Below are positions 46,167 through 56,460 of a stretch of DNA of 64,000 nt, piece by piece. This DNA comes from a virus. The stretch spans positions 1 to 64,000 of the IMG/VR virus record IMGVR_UViG_3300025666_000003. One strand, 5' to 3'. A model generated the notes under the pieces. That model ran no database searches. It was not told the DNA's origin and saw nothing but the letters and a program-made list of their open reading frames with translations. Positions within the stretch are counted from its first letter, which is position 1. Every line of letters starts with the position of its first letter. Made by a program: the position numbers and the translations under genes.

Positions 46167-49100
46167 TTAAGGACATTCTAAATCGTTAAATAAATCTTCT
46201 TCTATATCATCAATACTAGATGAGTCTGCTACGTCATTGATAGGATCTTTAGCTATTCCACCAGTTTCTGCAAATAATTTTACTGAGTCTGATGTTTGTT
46301 TAATTAATTGCTTGTCACTTTCATTAAGTGGTTTAGATGTTGATATAGCTTTTGTTTTAAATATTGCCACTGTTGTAAAATATTCATTAGGGTTATTAAA
46401 TGTTTTGCTTTCTCCTGTACTTAATAAAGTTACTGTTACTGAATAAGAAGCACTGGACGCTTGCCCATCATCATCATATTCTGGAACTCCTTGAATTTTT
46501 GTAACTACAACTGTATCATACTGTTCTGCAAATAATTCTTCACCTTCAAAGATATCATTTTTAACTATAAGTTGAGTCCCTTCTTCAAGATTATCTAAAG
46601 CAATTTCAATATTAGTTCCTTCATCTAATTCTGCTGTTCTTGCTGTAAGTAAACCAGACATTTTGTTTACTGTCTCTGCGTCTATCTTACCCTCTTGAAA
46701 AGCAATAAGTAACTCACCTCTCAATTGATTAACATCATTTGTTTTAGCAATCATTACCTTAACTTCAGCAAGAGTTATTTTTTTAACTGCAGGTTCTGTA
46801 GATTTTATTTCTTCTTTTGGTTTAGTCTCTTTTTTCTGTTTTCTAGGATTAATTTCTGTTGATCCTTCGGTAGGCTCATCATCACTAAGTTCATCACTAC
46901 TTGTTTCTCCTTTATTGTTTTCATAATTTCCTGTATATAATAATATATTAATAATTTCTAAGTTTTCTAAAGCTTTTCCTATAAGAAGCTTTGGTTGTTT
47001 AAAGAATAATTTACTCATATCAACAATAGCATCTGTAACGTATAAATCTAGAATAAGTTTCTCTTGATCTGTAAGTGGAGCAAATCTGCCAGGTGAATGT
47101 AACTTATTAAGTGCATCTGCAATTTCAGGACTCATGTTTTTATTTAAAACATTATTTATAACACTGAGTGTAATGTAATCATCTTCTGCTAATACTTTTT
47201 CTATATCTTCTTGTTCTATTAACTCATCTTTTGTATTTACTTCAGATATTTCTTGATAATTAATTTTATTTCTCTCTACTTCTACAGCTACAATAAGTGC
47301 TTGATTTTTAATACGTTGTTTAGAATTATTTGCAGGAATAAGTGAAATAATATTACCATCTTTATCTGTAACAATATCATAACTTTGATTATTAACAATA
47401 ACTTTCTTTTCACTTTTTAACTGAACTGTATACTTAGAAGCAATATCTTCTCTTTCCTCAGGAAGATTTAAACCAGCTTCTTCAATTGTAGTTTCTCCTG
47501 TAACATCTGTTAAATATAATGTCTTAGTTGGAGAATATAATTCATACCTAGCAGATTTCTTTTTTCTATTAACTTTCTTTAATCTATATGCTTTTCCTTC
47601 AAAGTAAACATTTTGACCAATCATTTCATCTAATGTAGGATACTCTACTTCCCCAATAATTTCAACATTAGTTTCAGGAACTTGATCACTATCTTGAGCA
47701 ACAGTTTCAGTTAATGCATCAGCTACTTCTGCAGGGAGTTCTTCTTTTTCGTCAATAAGAACTTCTTCTTGTATAGGAATTTTTGTATTAACTTTATCTA
47801 TAAGATCTTGACTTGGGTTTAATTCAAACCATGCTGGTGTATCTCTATTTGTAAGGTTTTCATTTATACTACTTGATTCAATTTTACCAGTGTTAATGTT
47901 AACTTTAGTAAGTAAAGGCATTAGATTTATAGTTGCCTCTACGCCTATCATATTAAATAGTAAATTTTTGTATGCTGTTTGTTGTAATTCGTAAGCTTCA
48001 GTCTTAGAATTTTGTGGATAAACACCACCAGTTTTAGTAAAATGTGACCATTTTGTATCCGCACCTGTTTTAAGATCTACAATATGAAATTGACCAAATT
48101 TATCTACAAGTAGTAAATCTATCTCCCCTGCTATTCTTACATTTTTATCATAAAGTATAAGTCCTTCTGCTGCTATGTAATACGTTCCTTCTTTTATATC
48201 TTTTCTTAATTTAACTAAAGGACCTTTGTTAAAAGTATTATCAAATGCTTCTTGAGTTATAAATGCCCCGTGTATTTTTGAATCCCATATAAATGGTTTA
48301 TCAACGTCCATGAAATAATCTCTAACTAATCCATCTATGTATGTACCTGCATTTCTTTCTTCTCTGTAAGTAGCTTCATTTACATCTTTAGTAAGTGTTG
48401 CTTCAGCATCTTCTTTTGCTAAAGGAATTGTTTTTTCTAAGTCAAGTATTTGTTTACGTATTTCTGCAATACTTTCAGGAGTGCTGCTCTCTAATTTTTC
48501 TTCTTCAAGTATTTCATTTTCTTGACTTTCAATTTGCTGATAAATACGATCAATTTGAATTTGATCAATCTTTTTAGCTTTAAGTCTAGCTTCAATAACT
48601 TCAGCTCTTTCAGCCATTACATCAAATGATATACGTGGAAGTTCATTTGTTCTTGAATAAAGCAAATTCATAAAGTCAACTGCTGTTTCACCAGAACCCA
48701 TTGTAAGTTCATAAGCATTTAATACTTTGTCAAGTGCACCATATGCATATGGTTTTTCTTTTAAATCTTCTAGGCTTCTAGTTACTCTAGAGAATGGCTC
48801 ATGATTAATTAAATATGCTTCTTTTGTCTTTCTTATATTTTCATTAAGCTTTTTTATTCTTTCAACTTTTGCAATAGCATCTTGCATTTCTTGAGTTCTA
48901 GCTATACTTTGTTTGTATGTTAAGTATCTAGATAATTCTCCTAATACTTCAGTATATTCTGCAAACATTAATCTATCTTCATCAGTTTGCTTTTCTTTAC
49001 TTTCAATATCTGTAATAACTTTTTGATAACGTTTAATATAATTTTTAATAGTTGCTTCACTCATTTCTGAAGACTCAAGGATTTTACCATCAATAGCAAT

Positions 49101-52100
49101 CTGTGGTGCAACTGGAGGGCCTTCTTTACTTACATTAAAAATTTCTTCCTGTGTATCATTATATTTTTGAATTATATCAGTTGCTATATCACTTTCCATA
49201 AAAGCTTCTAAGTTATCTTCTGAACTACCTTCATATATTCCAGGTGTAATAACCATTTCATTTTCTAAAGCATCTAAAAGTTCTTGTTTAAGTGTAGCAG
49301 GAAGATTATTAACAGGTGTATACATTGTAACAGGAATGTATTCATCTGATTCATTATCCTTATTAAAGTTTTCAATTAATTCAGCTTCTTTTTTAGCATA
49401 TTCTTTTTCTATTTCTGCTACAGCTGCATCTTCCGGTTTAAGTACTATTTTAAATCTATTAGCTGATTCAAATTTTTCAGTAATATTTTCTATATTTAAT
49501 ACTTTACCTTCAGCATTATCTTGTTTTAACTCTTCACCATCTCTATAAAACACTTCTGTAACAGTGTCAGTTCCTTTTTTATATGTAACTGTAACATACT
49601 CTTTATCTTGAAGTTCTTTAAGAACAACTTTAATGCTAAGTTTTTTAAGTTTAGGTTTTTTAATTGCTCCTAAATCTATTTTAGTTTCAGTTTTAGGAAG
49701 TTCGTCAATCTCAGCCTGCATCTTTTTAGCAAGTTCATCACGTTTTTCTTGAAGAGCTTTTCTTAATGGATGTTTACTTATTGTTTCAACAAGATCTAGT
49801 GCTGCTTTTTGATGAAATAAATTAGCATACTTAGCATAATCAGGACTATTTTCTGTAATTACTTTTTTTCTAGATTCATCATAAAATTCAAGTGGAAACA
49901 AACCTTCTTTTTTAAATCGCACCCAGTCTTCAGGACTTAAGAATATATTATCGTTGGCAAGCTTATTAAGTAATGAATTATCTTCAATGTTATCCATTGC
50001 ATCTTTAACCATCTTATCATAATAATCTTTACGATTTTCATAAAGCTCACTCATCCATTCATAATTTCTTGAAACATGGTCTCTAAAATCAGCTGGACTA
50101 CTTAATAAATTAGCATAAAATGCCATTGATCGTGATTGATGACTTAACCTATGATAATCAACTAATTTATCAAATGCTTCATCTATGTTCTTATTAAAGA
50201 TATGATCATCTGATAATTCTGCTATTGTCTTTAAATAATTTTTAAAGTGTGTTTCAAAATCATTTATTGCTTTGTTATCATTCTCTTCAGTTCTGTATGA
50301 TTCAAATCCTTCCCTTAGTGCTGCATCAAATTCTTCATCTGTTGCTTTTTTACCCATATTTTTTTCAAGATCTACACGGGCTTTCTCTCTTAATTCTGGA
50401 GTTAAAGTTTTTATAAAAAAGTATTCATTAAAAGTTTTTAGACCTTCTTGAAAATTAGTATATGCATTAAGTTTCTTTTCAAGTTTGCCTAATCTTTTTT
50501 TAGATTTTTCATCTGTTAATAGTTTTAATCCTTCAATTTCTGTAGAAAGAATATCTTTTTCATTAGAAAGTCTTTCAAGATCAAACACTGAATTAAGATC
50601 TGTAGACGAAACTTTACTAAAATCAAGTTCTGTAGAAAAGTCTTGCATAATACTTTCCATTCTTGAAACAGTATCAGTAAAACTTTCATTAAAAAAAAGC
50701 GCATTTCTTTGAGCTAATTTCCAAGCACTGTCAAATATACTTGCTTTATTATATGTTTCTGTACCTTTTTCATAGTCATCTAAATTAACAGGACTAGGGA
50801 ATTTTTCTTTAATATTTTTATGTGTACGTTCTATTGAACGTGCTCTAGATATTATACTATCAATTCTATCTTGATACTTCTTACCTGTTCCTTTTTCAAA
50901 ACCAAATGCTTCTTCAAATTCTTCAGGAGTTAAACCTTTCATTGATTCTAAATGCTCAACAAAAAAGTCCATTGAGTTTGTATCTAATGCAAGTGCAACT
51001 TTTTGAATCAACCCTTCTTCTCTGGCATCCATTGTCTCCATCTTTGGAGAATCTTTTGAAATATCATTTACTGAATTTTGAAGTGCTTGATTAAATAATT
51101 TTGATTCAAAGAAATCTTTTGGATCAGAATAAAATTCATTAAGTGCAGCAGCAACATCTTTACCTGTTTTAGCTTTTGCATTTTTGTATTCTGCATATAC
51201 ATCTTTATTAAAAATTTTATTATAACCTAGCTGATAGTTATTAACAACAGCATTCATTGGTTTAGCAAACATACCCATCATAAAACCACTTGCAAAAGTT
51301 TCAAATCCTTGAGCTGATAGTTGAGCATCTATTGCATTAGTAAGTAAACCTTTTGAAAAGTCACTTGTTATTACACTTTCATCAACGTACATTTGCTTAT
51401 AGTAATTTTTACTAAAGTCAGCAATTACATCTTGAGCATTTTCTTGTAAACCTTCACTTACGTTTGCTTTAAAATATCCCATAAAACCTTTTACACTTGT
51501 ACCAAGAGGTTGACTACTAAAATTCTTTAATGCATTCTTAAAACTTTTATCTGTATATTCAAATGCACCTTTAGCAGCAGTTTTTTTAGCTCCTTCTTTA
51601 GTTGCACCTTTTACAGTTTTCTTAAATACTACCTTACCTGTTTCAAGATCAATAACATCACTTATTTTTGAACTTAATGCTTTTTTAAGGCCACGGTTTG
51701 ATCCAAGTACATTAGGCAGAAGTATTTTATTACTAGCAAATATTATTGCTGTATTCCAAAGTAATGCATTTGTACCTGCAGCTTTGGCTTGTTTTGTCAT
51801 TTCTTCTTGAACTTCATTAGTTGGAGCTTCATGAAATTCATTATAATGTTCATCATATAATTCTTGATATAATTCATTCTGAACAAAACCACCTTCAAGT
51901 CTAGCTTCAGATAAAGCCATGTTAGCATTTCTCACATCTCTATAAAATCCACCAGCTGTTTTTGATAGCTTAGCTAAATTATTAATATTATCACCTACAG
52001 ACTCTGCTTTTTTTATATCTTGAATTGCACCACGAACATTTTCAAAAGGATTTATTACCCTACCTACAGATGTTCCCCAAAATGTTCTTGCATTAGAAAC

Positions 52101-52934
52101 ATTATTTAAACCTTTCATTGTTTGATTTACTGCTTTTGTACCATCATACATTAAATCAGCAGTAGCTCCAATCTTGCGTATTTTTCTTAAGTTATTAGCT
52201 GTTGCTGCAAAGAAACTTGCCCCTCCTGTAGCAGGCGTTAATAATGTTCCTGCTATTTCTTCTAATATTGCAGATGTAAATATACCAGCAGTGTATGCAA
52301 AAGACATAGCTGTGTTACTCATAAATGCACCAAAACCATCTTTACTTGATTGACCAATAGCTGCTGCTTCAGCATATTCTTTTGCTGATTCAAGATTTAC
52401 ACTAAAGTCCCCTTTTAAAGCTTTAAATAAACTTTCATAAGTATCCGTGAATCCTTTTGTAAATAAAGGAGCCATTGAATTACTTATCATGACAGATGTA
52501 TTTTCCCACCAACTTGTGTTTGCATTATAGAGAGCTTCATTATCTCTCATTGGTGAAAATCCTAACTTTTCAAACTTTTCTGGACCATACGCAGCATATC
52601 TTTTATAAAAGTTATTACCAGAAGCTCCCGCATTATAAGAAAAAATGCGTGAATGTTGTTCAGGTGGAGCTTCGCCAAGTGCTAGAAGTCTACCTTCTAT
52701 TCCATTAAATTTTTCTTGATATGATGTAGGAACACCTTTATTTACTTTATTTATGTCAGCATTTTTTTTTCTTAATGTTTTAAAGTCTGCAGTAAGTGGT
52801 TCTTGATAAAATTCAGGAAACGAAGGTGTATCTCCTTCAAAAGGTTTTAAACTTTCAGGATTAATATTTTGTGGATTTATTTTTCCAAATTCTGGACCTA
52901 AGGATTCAGTTGCGTCAAATGTGTTATCTGCCAT
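46167..52934 (-). CDS. Giant virion/ejection-type protein with a PD-(D/E)XK nuclease domain
   Basis: N-terminal Gly/Ala-rich hydrophobic helices; IAGEIDLLLVD...IVDLKTG...YELQQTAY at about 47960-48180. Confidence 0.8.
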   Translation of the reverse strand: MADNTFDATESLGPEFGKINPQNINPESLKPFEGDTPSFPEFYQEPLTADFKTLRKKNADINKVNKGVPTSYQEKFNGIEGRLLALGEAPPEQHSRIFSYNAGASGNNFYKRYAAYGPEKFEKLGFSPMRDNEALYNANTSWWENTSVMISNSMAPLFTKGFTDTYESLFKALKGDFSVNLESAKEYAEAAAIGQSSKDGFGAFMSNTAMSFAYTAGIFTSAILEEIAGTLLTPATGGASFFAATANNLRKIRKIGATADLMYDGTKAVNQTMKGLNNVSNARTFWGTSVGRVINPFENVRGAIQDIKKAESVGDNINNLAKLSKTAGGFYRDVRNANMALSEARLEGGFVQNELYQELYDEHYNEFHEAPTNEVQEEMTKQAKAAGTNALLWNTAIIFASNKILLPNVLGSNRGLKKALSSKISDVIDLETGKVVFKKTVKGATKEGAKKTAAKGAFEYTDKSFKNALKNFSSQPLGTSVKGFMGYFKANVSEGLQENAQDVIADFSKNYYKQMYVDESVITSDFSKGLLTNAIDAQLSAQGFETFASGFMMGMFAKPMNAVVNNYQLGYNKIFNKDVYAEYKNAKAKTGKDVAAALNEFYSDPKDFFESKLFNQALQNSVNDISKDSPKMETMDAREEGLIQKVALALDTNSMDFFVEHLESMKGLTPEEFEEAFGFEKGTGKKYQDRIDSIISRARSIERTHKNIKEKFPSPVNLDDYEKGTETYNKASIFDSAWKLAQRNALFFNESFTDTVSRMESIMQDFSTELDFSKVSSTDLNSVFDLERLSNEKDILSTEIEGLKLLTDEKSKKRLGKLEKKLNAYTNFQEGLKTFNEYFFIKTLTPELREKARVDLEKNMGKKATDEEFDAALREGFESYRTEENDNKAINDFETHFKNYLKTIAELSDDHIFNKNIDEAFDKLVDYHRLSHQSRSMAFYANLLSSPADFRDHVSRNYEWMSELYENRKDYYDKMVKDAMDNIEDNSLLNKLANDNIFLSPEDWVRFKKEGLFPLEFYDESRKKVITENSPDYAKYANLFHQKAALDLVETISKHPLRKALQEKRDELAKKMQAEIDELPKTETKIDLGAIKKPKLKKLSIKVVLKELQDKEYVTVTYKKGTDTVTEVFYRDGEELKQDNAEGKVLNIENITEKFESANRFKIVLKPEDAAVAEIEKEYAKKEAELIENFNKDNESDEYIPVTMYTPVNNLPATLKQELLDALENEMVITPGIYEGSSEDNLEAFMESDIATDIIQKYNDTQEEIFNVSKEGPPVAPQIAIDGKILESSEMSEATIKNYIKRYQKVITDIESKEKQTDEDRLMFAEYTEVLGELSRYLTYKQSIARTQEMQDAIAKVERIKKLNENIRKTKEAYLINHEPFSRVTRSLEDLKEKPYAYGALDKVLNAYELTMGSGETAVDFMNLLYSRTNELPRISFDVMAERAEVIEARLKAKKIDQIQIDRIYQQIESQENEILEEEKLESSTPESIAEIRKQILDLEKTIPLAKEDAEATLTKDVNEATYREERNAGTYIDGLVRDYFMDVDKPFIWDSKIHGAFITQEAFDNTFNKGPLVKLRKDIKEGTYYIAAEGLILYDKNVRIAGEIDLLLVDKFGQFHIVDLKTGADTKWSHFTKTGGVYPQNSKTEAYELQQTAYKNLLFNMIGVEATINLMPLLTKVNINTGKIESSSINENLTNRDTPAWFELNPSQDLIDKVNTKIPIQEEVLIDEKEELPAEVADALTETVAQDSDQVPETNVEIIGEVEYPTLDEMIGQNVYFEGKAYRLKKVNRKKKSARYELYSPTKTLYLTDVTGETTIEEAGLNLPEEREDIASKYTVQLKSEKKVIVNNQSYDIVTDKDGNIISLIPANNSKQRIKNQALIVAVEVERNKINYQEISEVNTKDELIEQEDIEKVLAEDDYITLSVINNVLNKNMSPEIADALNKLHSPGRFAPLTDQEKLILDLYVTDAIVDMSKLFFKQPKLLIGKALENLEIINILLYTGNYENNKGETSSDELSDDEPTEGSTEINPRKQKKETKPKEEIKSTEPAVKKITLAEVKVMIAKTNDVNQLRGELLIAFQEGKIDAETVNKMSGLLTARTAELDEGTNIEIALDNLEEGTQLIVKNDIFEGEELFAEQYDTVVVTKIQGVPEYDDDGQASSASYSVTVTLLSTGESKTFNNPNEYFTTVAIFKTKAISTSKPLNESDKQLIKQTSDSVKLFAETGGIAKDPINDVADSSSIDDIEEDLFNDLECP

Positions 52935-55900
52935 TTTGTAAGTCTATATTTGCTTTTCTAACGTTGAACAATTCTGTTATTAAAACTTCTCGTGTATGCA
53001 TAGATAGATTATGTAAAGGTATTGGACGGCTTTCATTTCTATAATCTTTTATATTAGGATCCCATGTTTTATATTTAACCAAAGCTGACCAAGGTGCACC
53101 TGTCTCTTTTGGATTACTTGGAGTAATGTGAAAAGAACCAACATTAGGAACCTCATAAAAATCTCCTGCAGCTCCTTTATATTTTACACTTTGCTCATAT
53201 GGATCCATCCAGCTAGAATTAAATAAATTATTATTAAAATTTAATTTATCTGACATAAAATTAAAACCATTTTTCATAAATTTTTCACCTTCCTCTACTG
53301 TAAATAAATTTTCTTCTTTAACTTCTCCTTTTGCATTTAGAGTAGATATATATGATTCCATCCATTCTTTTTCAGGTATTACTTGCATTCCACCTACTAA
53401 ACCATTTCCTCCAGCTATTGAAAGTGCTTTTATAGTAAAAGGTTTCATTTTATTAAGTGGGTTGTAAAATTCAGCTTCAAAATCTCTCCATGCTAATAAT
53501 ACTTTTTCATTTAATTCTAAATCTCCACTATTAAGATCTGAAGGTTCATCTCCAAGAGCTGCAACACTATTAGTACCATCCCAATCAATATTAGCAAAAT
53601 CTCCTTTAGAAAACTGATTCATTGTTACATATCCTGGTGACATGTATGCTTTAGGGATTACCATTTGGTTTCCAATGCTATTTACGGATAGTCCGGTACC
53701 TCCGTTACCATCTCCATACATATTAATACCAGAAACGTAATCTTTCATTACATCACCATCTTTGTAAACATTATTAATTTGTGTTATTAGATTATCATAA
53801 GTTGTCTCATAATCATCAGAACCTTTTGGTAAAAGAAGTCCTGTACCAGATGCTGCAGCTTTAGGACTATGCATTTGATAATCACCTACTATTTTTTGAA
53901 TTTGTTTTTTATTTTCTTCTGTAACTTCATAAATATCATGTTCTCCTCCAAACCAACCACGTGCACTTTTTGTAAGAGTAACATATTGACTGTCACCCTT
54001 AATGTTTTTCTTCCATAAAGCAGCTTCAGGTTCACCTGTCAGTACTTTAACTTTTCCATCTGCTGTATAAAGATTCACTGTTGAGTTAGCTTGAAGAACT
54101 CCTTCTTTATTTACTTTATTCCATACATTAAAACCATTTTCTACTCTACCCGTTCCAAAGGGACCCTTAGAAGCTCTCATAGCTTTTGCACCAAGTAAAT
54201 CTCTGTAATATAAATAATTATTGTTATCAATTGTAACTGGCTTACCATCTATAATTCTTTGCGTAGGTCTTTCAATTAAATTTCTTGATGTACCATCCGC
54301 TTGTAATTTTTCAATAAATTCAAATTTACTTAATTGTGAACCTGATTCATCAAAAATTGCATTTATATCTTCAGTATTATACCCATTGTCTAGAAGTCTT
54401 CTTTCTACTGCTGCAGCCATTTTAAGTTTACTATCTTGATAGTTTTTTTGATTATCAAGACTTACAGTAAATTTATCAGAGTTTATAATTAAATTTGCAT
54501 GCATTTGTTGTAACACACCTCCATCTTCAGTAAGTGTAGGATTTTCTTTTAAATAACTAGTTACTCTATTAACAATACCTTCTAATCTTTTAGCAGGAAA
54601 GTTTACGCCTTGACTTGTAAAAGCTTCATTTAATTCATGTACAGTTTCATAATCTGGAGTTCCTTGATTTTCTTGTCGGTTTGCTGCATTTTGTTCCCAA
54701 GCTTGCCTTGCGTAATTCCCTACAGGTTTATTTAAAAAATCATACCATTTCCCTTTACCAGTTCCTCCACCAGATTCTTCTTGTCTTTTTACTCTATCAA
54801 TATCAGCCTGCTGCATTCCAAATTGATACGGTTTCTGCCCAGTACCATCACCAGTCCCATTTAATAAATCTTTTATTTCAGCATCAGTTATTAAGTTTTT
54901 ACCTTCTAAATAACCAAAAAATGTTGTATATTCTTCAATAAGAGGTCTGTTAATATTTTCAAGATTATGTTTAGCTTGTTGTTCAGCAATTTCAAACATA
55001 TTTTGGGGTGGTGTAGTTTGTCCTGTTCCTCTTGGTTTAGTAAAAAAAGTGTTATGCATATCAGGATTTTCTACAATCTTACCACTATATGGATCAATTT
55101 TATCTATACCATTATCTAATCTAAACTTTTGTATCATATTTAGCTTTTCACCTGTATTTCTAGCTTTTACTCTAGACATAGCTGCAGCATCTTTAAGCTC
55201 CTGAACTTTATATGGATTAGCTTCAATATCAATACCTGCATTTCTAAAGGCCCAATTCTCAGCACCCTCTTTCATATCTTTTTGCATAAAAAATGAAGCC
55301 ATACCTGCATCTACTTTTTGTCTTAATGATTTAAGATCACCATATGGATTTTCAAAACCTGTTGAAGTAGATAGTGTATTTTGTCCTGTACCAAGAAGTT
55401 TTTGAACGTATTTTGATTGTTCTAAAACAGTTGTATTAATACCTGCACTTTCTTTTAACTTTTCTAAATATGTCATAGATTCAACACTACCATTACCACC
55501 ATCAATATTTTTCTGTACTTCTATTGATTTATTTTTAGTAGCTCTCCCACTATCTTCTAAAGTTTTTACTCTATCTTCATTTAATTTTTTAAGAGTATTA
55601 AAACTAGTTTGAAGGTATTCCATTTCTGCAGCTTCCTTACTATCTCCAAACTGTGCAGCATTATTATATGCAAAATCTTTTCTAGTTACATAAGATTGTG
55701 TTCTATATACTGCACCAATTGCAGGATCAGATCCTAAAGTAGCTTCAAATATTTTATAAAGCGGATCCATAGCTGCTTCACCATTAGTTTTCTTAATGAC
55801 CCATTTACCATCAGGACTAAAATCAATTGATTCAACGTTAAGATCTGCTTTTATAGCTAAATCTTCAATTCTTTCACCTACATTTATGTATGATGTATAT

Positions 55901-56400
55901 TCAGCATTACCAAATGTCATTGATTCTTCATCATTACTTTCTTTGAATTCTTCTCTACGATAATCCATCTCTCTTATACCAGTATCCCAGTATTGAGACT
56001 TCATTTCAGCATCCATAGAATTCTTTAAGCTTTTTGCACGAGATCTTTTTCGCATGTAATTCTTAGTCCATGCCATATCTTTCATAAGAAATTTATTCTC
56101 ATAAAAAGGTTTGAATACTTGACTAGCTTGAGATACGTTTTGTTCTAATGATAAATCTAAACCAGCTACTCTATTTAGATTAAATTCTATATCTTTTAAA
56201 TATTCCTCTTTTCTTTCAATATTTGGTTCTCTTGTAAGATCCGCATACATATACTGACCATACATTTTATTAATTGATTTCCAGTTTTGATCATACTGAT
56301 TTTGCTTAGCCTGCATTAAACCACCATAGAAATTCAAGTCCGGTTGAAAGGGTTGAATTTCTGGTATAAAATCTGTAACTCCTTGAAGATAAGTTGCCAT
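52924..56400 (-). CDS. Large virion/ejection-type protein
   Basis: 1158 aa, no Cys seen, coupled to the 2255-aa gene. Confidence 0.75.
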   Translation of the reverse strand: MATYLQGVTDFIPEIQPFQPDLNFYGGLMQAKQNQYDQNWKSINKMYGQYMYADLTREPNIERKEEYLKDIEFNLNRVAGLDLSLEQNVSQASQVFKPFYENKFLMKDMAWTKNYMRKRSRAKSLKNSMDAEMKSQYWDTGIREMDYRREEFKESNDEESMTFGNAEYTSYINVGERIEDLAIKADLNVESIDFSPDGKWVIKKTNGEAAMDPLYKIFEATLGSDPAIGAVYRTQSYVTRKDFAYNNAAQFGDSKEAAEMEYLQTSFNTLKKLNEDRVKTLEDSGRATKNKSIEVQKNIDGGNGSVESMTYLEKLKESAGINTTVLEQSKYVQKLLGTGQNTLSTSTGFENPYGDLKSLRQKVDAGMASFFMQKDMKEGAENWAFRNAGIDIEANPYKVQELKDAAAMSRVKARNTGEKLNMIQKFRLDNGIDKIDPYSGKIVENPDMHNTFFTKPRGTGQTTPPQNMFEIAEQQAKHNLENINRPLIEEYTTFFGYLEGKNLITDAEIKDLLNGTGDGTGQKPYQFGMQQADIDRVKRQEESGGGTGKGKWYDFLNKPVGNYARQAWEQNAANRQENQGTPDYETVHELNEAFTSQGVNFPAKRLEGIVNRVTSYLKENPTLTEDGGVLQQMHANLIINSDKFTVSLDNQKNYQDSKLKMAAAVERRLLDNGYNTEDINAIFDESGSQLSKFEFIEKLQADGTSRNLIERPTQRIIDGKPVTIDNNNYLYYRDLLGAKAMRASKGPFGTGRVENGFNVWNKVNKEGVLQANSTVNLYTADGKVKVLTGEPEAALWKKNIKGDSQYVTLTKSARGWFGGEHDIYEVTEENKKQIQKIVGDYQMHSPKAAASGTGLLLPKGSDDYETTYDNLITQINNVYKDGDVMKDYVSGINMYGDGNGGTGLSVNSIGNQMVIPKAYMSPGYVTMNQFSKGDFANIDWDGTNSVAALGDEPSDLNSGDLELNEKVLLAWRDFEAEFYNPLNKMKPFTIKALSIAGGNGLVGGMQVIPEKEWMESYISTLNAKGEVKEENLFTVEEGEKFMKNGFNFMSDKLNFNNNLFNSSWMDPYEQSVKYKGAAGDFYEVPNVGSFHITPSNPKETGAPWSALVKYKTWDPNIKDYRNESRPIPLHNLSMHTREVLITELFNVRKANIDLQNGR

Positions 56401-56460
56401 GTCTATTATTTATTATAAATGTATTAAAATTTTATAAGTTTAGTAAACCTATAAAGTTTA

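Noticed and set aside
56433-56453. Imperfect palindrome TATAAGTTTA-G-TAAACCTATA as an operator
   Set aside because: Similar TAAAC/GTTTA words recur in several spacers, but the AT content is too high to exclude chance by eye.
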